Origin: Podarcis muralis
Taxonomy: Eukaryota
Direction of reading: 5' to 3'
Assembly: GCF_964188315.1 (NCBI RefSeq)
Contig: NC_135668.1
Location: 38,688,001-38,752,000 of the forward strand
Length of the DNA stretch: 64,000 nucleotides
Shown here in pieces: positions 60,921 through 64,000 of the stretch (the first letter of the stretch is position 1; every line of letters starts with the position of its first letter). The translations under genes and the position numbers were made by a program. The notes beneath the pieces are model-generated. The model saw only the letters and a list, made by a program, of their open reading frames with translations. It made no database searches and had not been told where the DNA came from.

Positions 60921-62005
60921 GGTCACCTGCTCATGGTCTTCTCACTATGGTGAGATAGTGTGATATATGATGCACTTTTATTTAAATCACAGTAATTGAT
61001 TTTAGATCTACATCTATACACATACATGTGCATATGGATTTTTTATGTTAACTCTCACCCTATTTTGGGGCGATGCAAAAATGACAGCTCTGCTATAAGG
61101 TGTGCTGGGTGTTATATCTGATGTAATCTATAGCAGCAAGTCTTTCACTGTTTTCAAAGCCAGAAAGATCTAGCAGAGGAACACAATTGTCCTGAAAGCT
61201 GCAATGTGTGAAGTGGCCAGCTGAGTATGCTACATGTTGTCATAGAGTTCATGTGCATGCCTGTACCATGGAGATGTGATACATAGACTGCATCCTGAGA
61301 TTTAACCTCTAGACACTTCAGTGAGAGGAGCATCTGACCCCCGTAGAATATCAAGTCACACACTGATTTTTTTTAATACAAAACACTCACAAAAGGCAGT
61401 AGTGTAGTAGAGCAGGGACAGGAGGGGGTAGTGGATGCTGATCTGAGACTTTATGCAGAGCAGGAGGAATTATGTCATATTCTGGAGCACTAAGGTAACT
61501 GATGGATCTTCCTCAAATGAGGGGGTAACGAGTCTTTCAAGTTGTACTGTTGTTTAGGCTACGTTAGCCTAACAAAAGTGAGAAAGGAAAATAACCAGCT
61601 GGAGGCTGGATACTTCTTTCCATTGATGCGGTTCATACTTCATGCAACCAGTCTAAATGGTAACATTTATTTACAAGGTTGTTTGAATGTCTTGACACTT
61701 CTTTGCAAGGTAACACTGCTTTGCAACGCTATTTGCATGTCTAACTAAAAGCTAAAGGTTGCATTTTGGCCAGTTGAAGATCTTTTGTTAAGAGCTGCAT
61801 GCATTTTTCAAGCTGAAACGATGCAGTAAGTAGCACTGCATTCAATGGCGTTTATGCCCAGGAGCTTGCTCCCTGCATAGGATTGCAGTCAGGCCACATG
61901 GCAATCCTAACCGCGACTCAGTAAATTCTACTGAATTCAATGAGGCTTATGCCCAGGTTAGAATTGCATCCATAGCAATCACTACATCACCTCCATGCTG
62001 TCAAG

Positions 62006-62189
62006 CACGGGTGACAACTTGAATGAAACATTGGACAGTGGGGGAAGGTAAGCCCCGCCCTACATAATAGATCACATGATACAACACACACACACCATTT
62101 GAATGGCAATGCCCCTTAACTTGGGGGGGGGGGGGCTCAAATATTTTATAGGGAGGGCCGAAGGGACTTTGGCCCCAAGGGTTCCTATG
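62006..62189 (+). mobile_element. hAT-like MITE
   Basis: 8-bp TSD CTGTCAAG at 61998-62005 and 62190-62197; homologous to 54129-54255. Confidence 0.7.
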
Positions 62190-63239
62190 CTGTCAAGTGA
62201 TCCTATGCTTTGCTTTTTGGGGTCTGTGTATGTGGTAGGAACACCCACACCAGCCTGGGTCCAGCTCCAAATCAATTTGGGGACATGACCAATGTTTAAT
62301 CAGAGTTTTTAATTAAAAGCCCTAATTAAACATACAATCAGGAAGGAGGTGGAGGAAGGAGATGTTGTGTCTCCTCCCCACTTCCCCTGCAGAACCAAGA
62401 GCAGAAGGGTTCGATCCTGCTGGGGTCTGCTTCCCCAGTGCATTCCCCACAGATAACACATTGGCAAGGCGGACCCCTGCAGATTTCCCCTCCACCCCCT
62501 GACAGCTCCACATGGCTCCAGGCAACTTGAGGTGACCCTGCGCCACCCAGAGCTGTCTCAGTGCAGCTCGGCCCAAATGCCTGCATCCCCCCAAACAAGT
62601 CCAATTTGGTTTGGGCTGAATCCAGTGCACAGGCCTAGAATGTATGTGTGTGATCAACACAGTTGCTTTGCAACTGGGGGCTCTCTTGGGGTCAGGGCTA
62701 TGAAGGCTGTCATTATGAGTTCCTAAACTTCAAAATTTATTACTATGCCACTGCCCCCAAAACACAAATAGGGTCTGAATAGGAAGAGTGATTTCCCAGG
62801 GAGAGGGACCAGAAAATGAAGACTGCGCCTAGTAAATGAGAAAGGTTTGAGCATATGGTGTTTTATCGCTCTCTGGCAGCTATTCCAGCTGCCCCTCCTG
62901 CTGCAGGGTTTTTCCAATTTAACAAGCAATAGTATCATGTTAGATTATGGCTGGTCTTGCAGGGTGCTTGAAACAGACAGCAATGGAGCTCTAGGAGACA
63001 GCAGAGCTTACCATTTCTAACCACCTTGACGGAGTGGCCTTTTCAGTGGTAGTACCCTTCACATGCCCTCACTGAATGCAGGGGAGCATGAGTGCCTGCA
63101 GCCATGGGGTAATGATACCAGGCTGCCAACTTGGCCATGGGGTAGTAATGCTAGGGGAAAACGTACTACGCCTGGTGCTTTTGTCTATGCGCAGTAAGAC
63201 TTGGATGCACAGCACACAGAAACGCACCAGCAGATAGTA

Positions 63240-63433
63240 GAAGGACCATAGTTCAACGGGAGACCACATGCCTTGCAGGTAGAAGGTCCAAAGTTAAATA
63301 CCCACCATCTTCAGGTAGAGATGGGGGAAACTCCTGTCTGAAGCCTTGGAGAGCCATTACTGATCAGTGTAGACAATATTGAACTTCATGGTCCGATGGT
63401 CTCACTTGGTGTGAGGGAGCTTCCTATGTTCCT
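63240..63433 (+). mobile_element. tRNA-Ala-like-head SINE (Squam2-type), diverged
   Basis: GGACCATAGTTCA...GAAGGTCC...CAGTGTAGACAATATTGA...GGGAGCTTCCTATGTTCCT. Confidence 0.8.
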
Positions 63434-64000
63434 TGTCAGGGATGGCCCAAGACATTTTTTTCTTCCTGAGGCAAGGGGCAAGATGGCACCCATACACCTT
63501 CCAGTGTCCAGAACTAAGCTGGATCGGCAGCTGAATCTTATTTCAAAACTGGTGTGATGACCTGTAGACAAGTAACTCTGGTTTCTAGGCTTTCCTGTCC
63601 TTACTGTGGCCAGGTATGAACAATGCTGGGTGAGAAATTCATGTGGTGGGATGACAGAAAATGGATCAGAGTGTGTGCCCCACTCTTTCTGTGGATAGCA
63701 AGAGGGGAGGGCCCAGTAGACATCTAATTTGGAGGCTCCACAGCCTATGGAGACCAGCAGCTGGAAGCCTTTGCCACCCCAGGGGAGGAAAACAAACAAA
63801 ACAAAACAAAAAACAGAAGAGATAAGTATTCTAGACTCTGGGTGGGAAAGATGTCAGGCAGGGACAGAGTGGTGGGGAGGATAAGAGAGAAAGTAAACTT
63901 TGGGATGGTGTAAGAATTGATTAAGTGAGGTGACTAAACAATATTATTTGAAACTTATGTTCCCGGTGATGAGAAAAGGCTGGGAATTTCTGCAGGAAAA

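Noticed and set aside
63386-63799. 137-aa minus-strand ORF
   Set aside because: Overlaps a SINE and has no recognisable homology.
17124-64000. Noggin-family coding sequence inside the window
   Set aside because: No single-exon ORF over 200 aa or cystine-knot pattern on either strand.
1-64000. CRISPR arrays, rRNA genes or prokaryotic systems
   Set aside because: No regularly spaced direct repeats or rRNA similarity; the sequence is intron-containing vertebrate DNA.

Overview
Vertebrate genomic DNA, almost certainly a squamate. The Sauria/POM-type SINEs point to a lacertid lizard (inference). The only intact protein-coding content I can support is the 3' part of an ANKFN1-like gene (wide awake/Nmf9 family) on the + strand: 11 GT-AG coding exons from 1644 to the stop at 17123, phase-consistent, about 790 codons. 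It ends in a Ras-association (RA)-like domain, which suggests the paralog retained in non-mammalian vertebrates; its ankyrin/FN3 exons lie upstream of the window. The remaining 47 kb has no long ORF and is rich in SINEs (Sauria, tRNA-Ala-like, MIR/Squam3-like, and a tRNA-Ile/CR1-tail SINE), LINE fragments (L1, L2, CR1), solo-LTR-like sequences, Tc1/pogo and hAT MITEs, and microsatellites. Main points for follow-up: (1) a 130-bp Penelope-like insertion with a 10-bp TSD inside a young L1, carrying a minimal hammerhead ribozyme; (2) a TE-poor stretch at about 19.4-31.7 kb that looks like a decayed, unidentified multi-exon gene on the minus strand; (3) several hairpins and motif clusters in what may be the regulatory desert upstream of noggin2. 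Family names come from my recall of consensus sequences, not from database searches.
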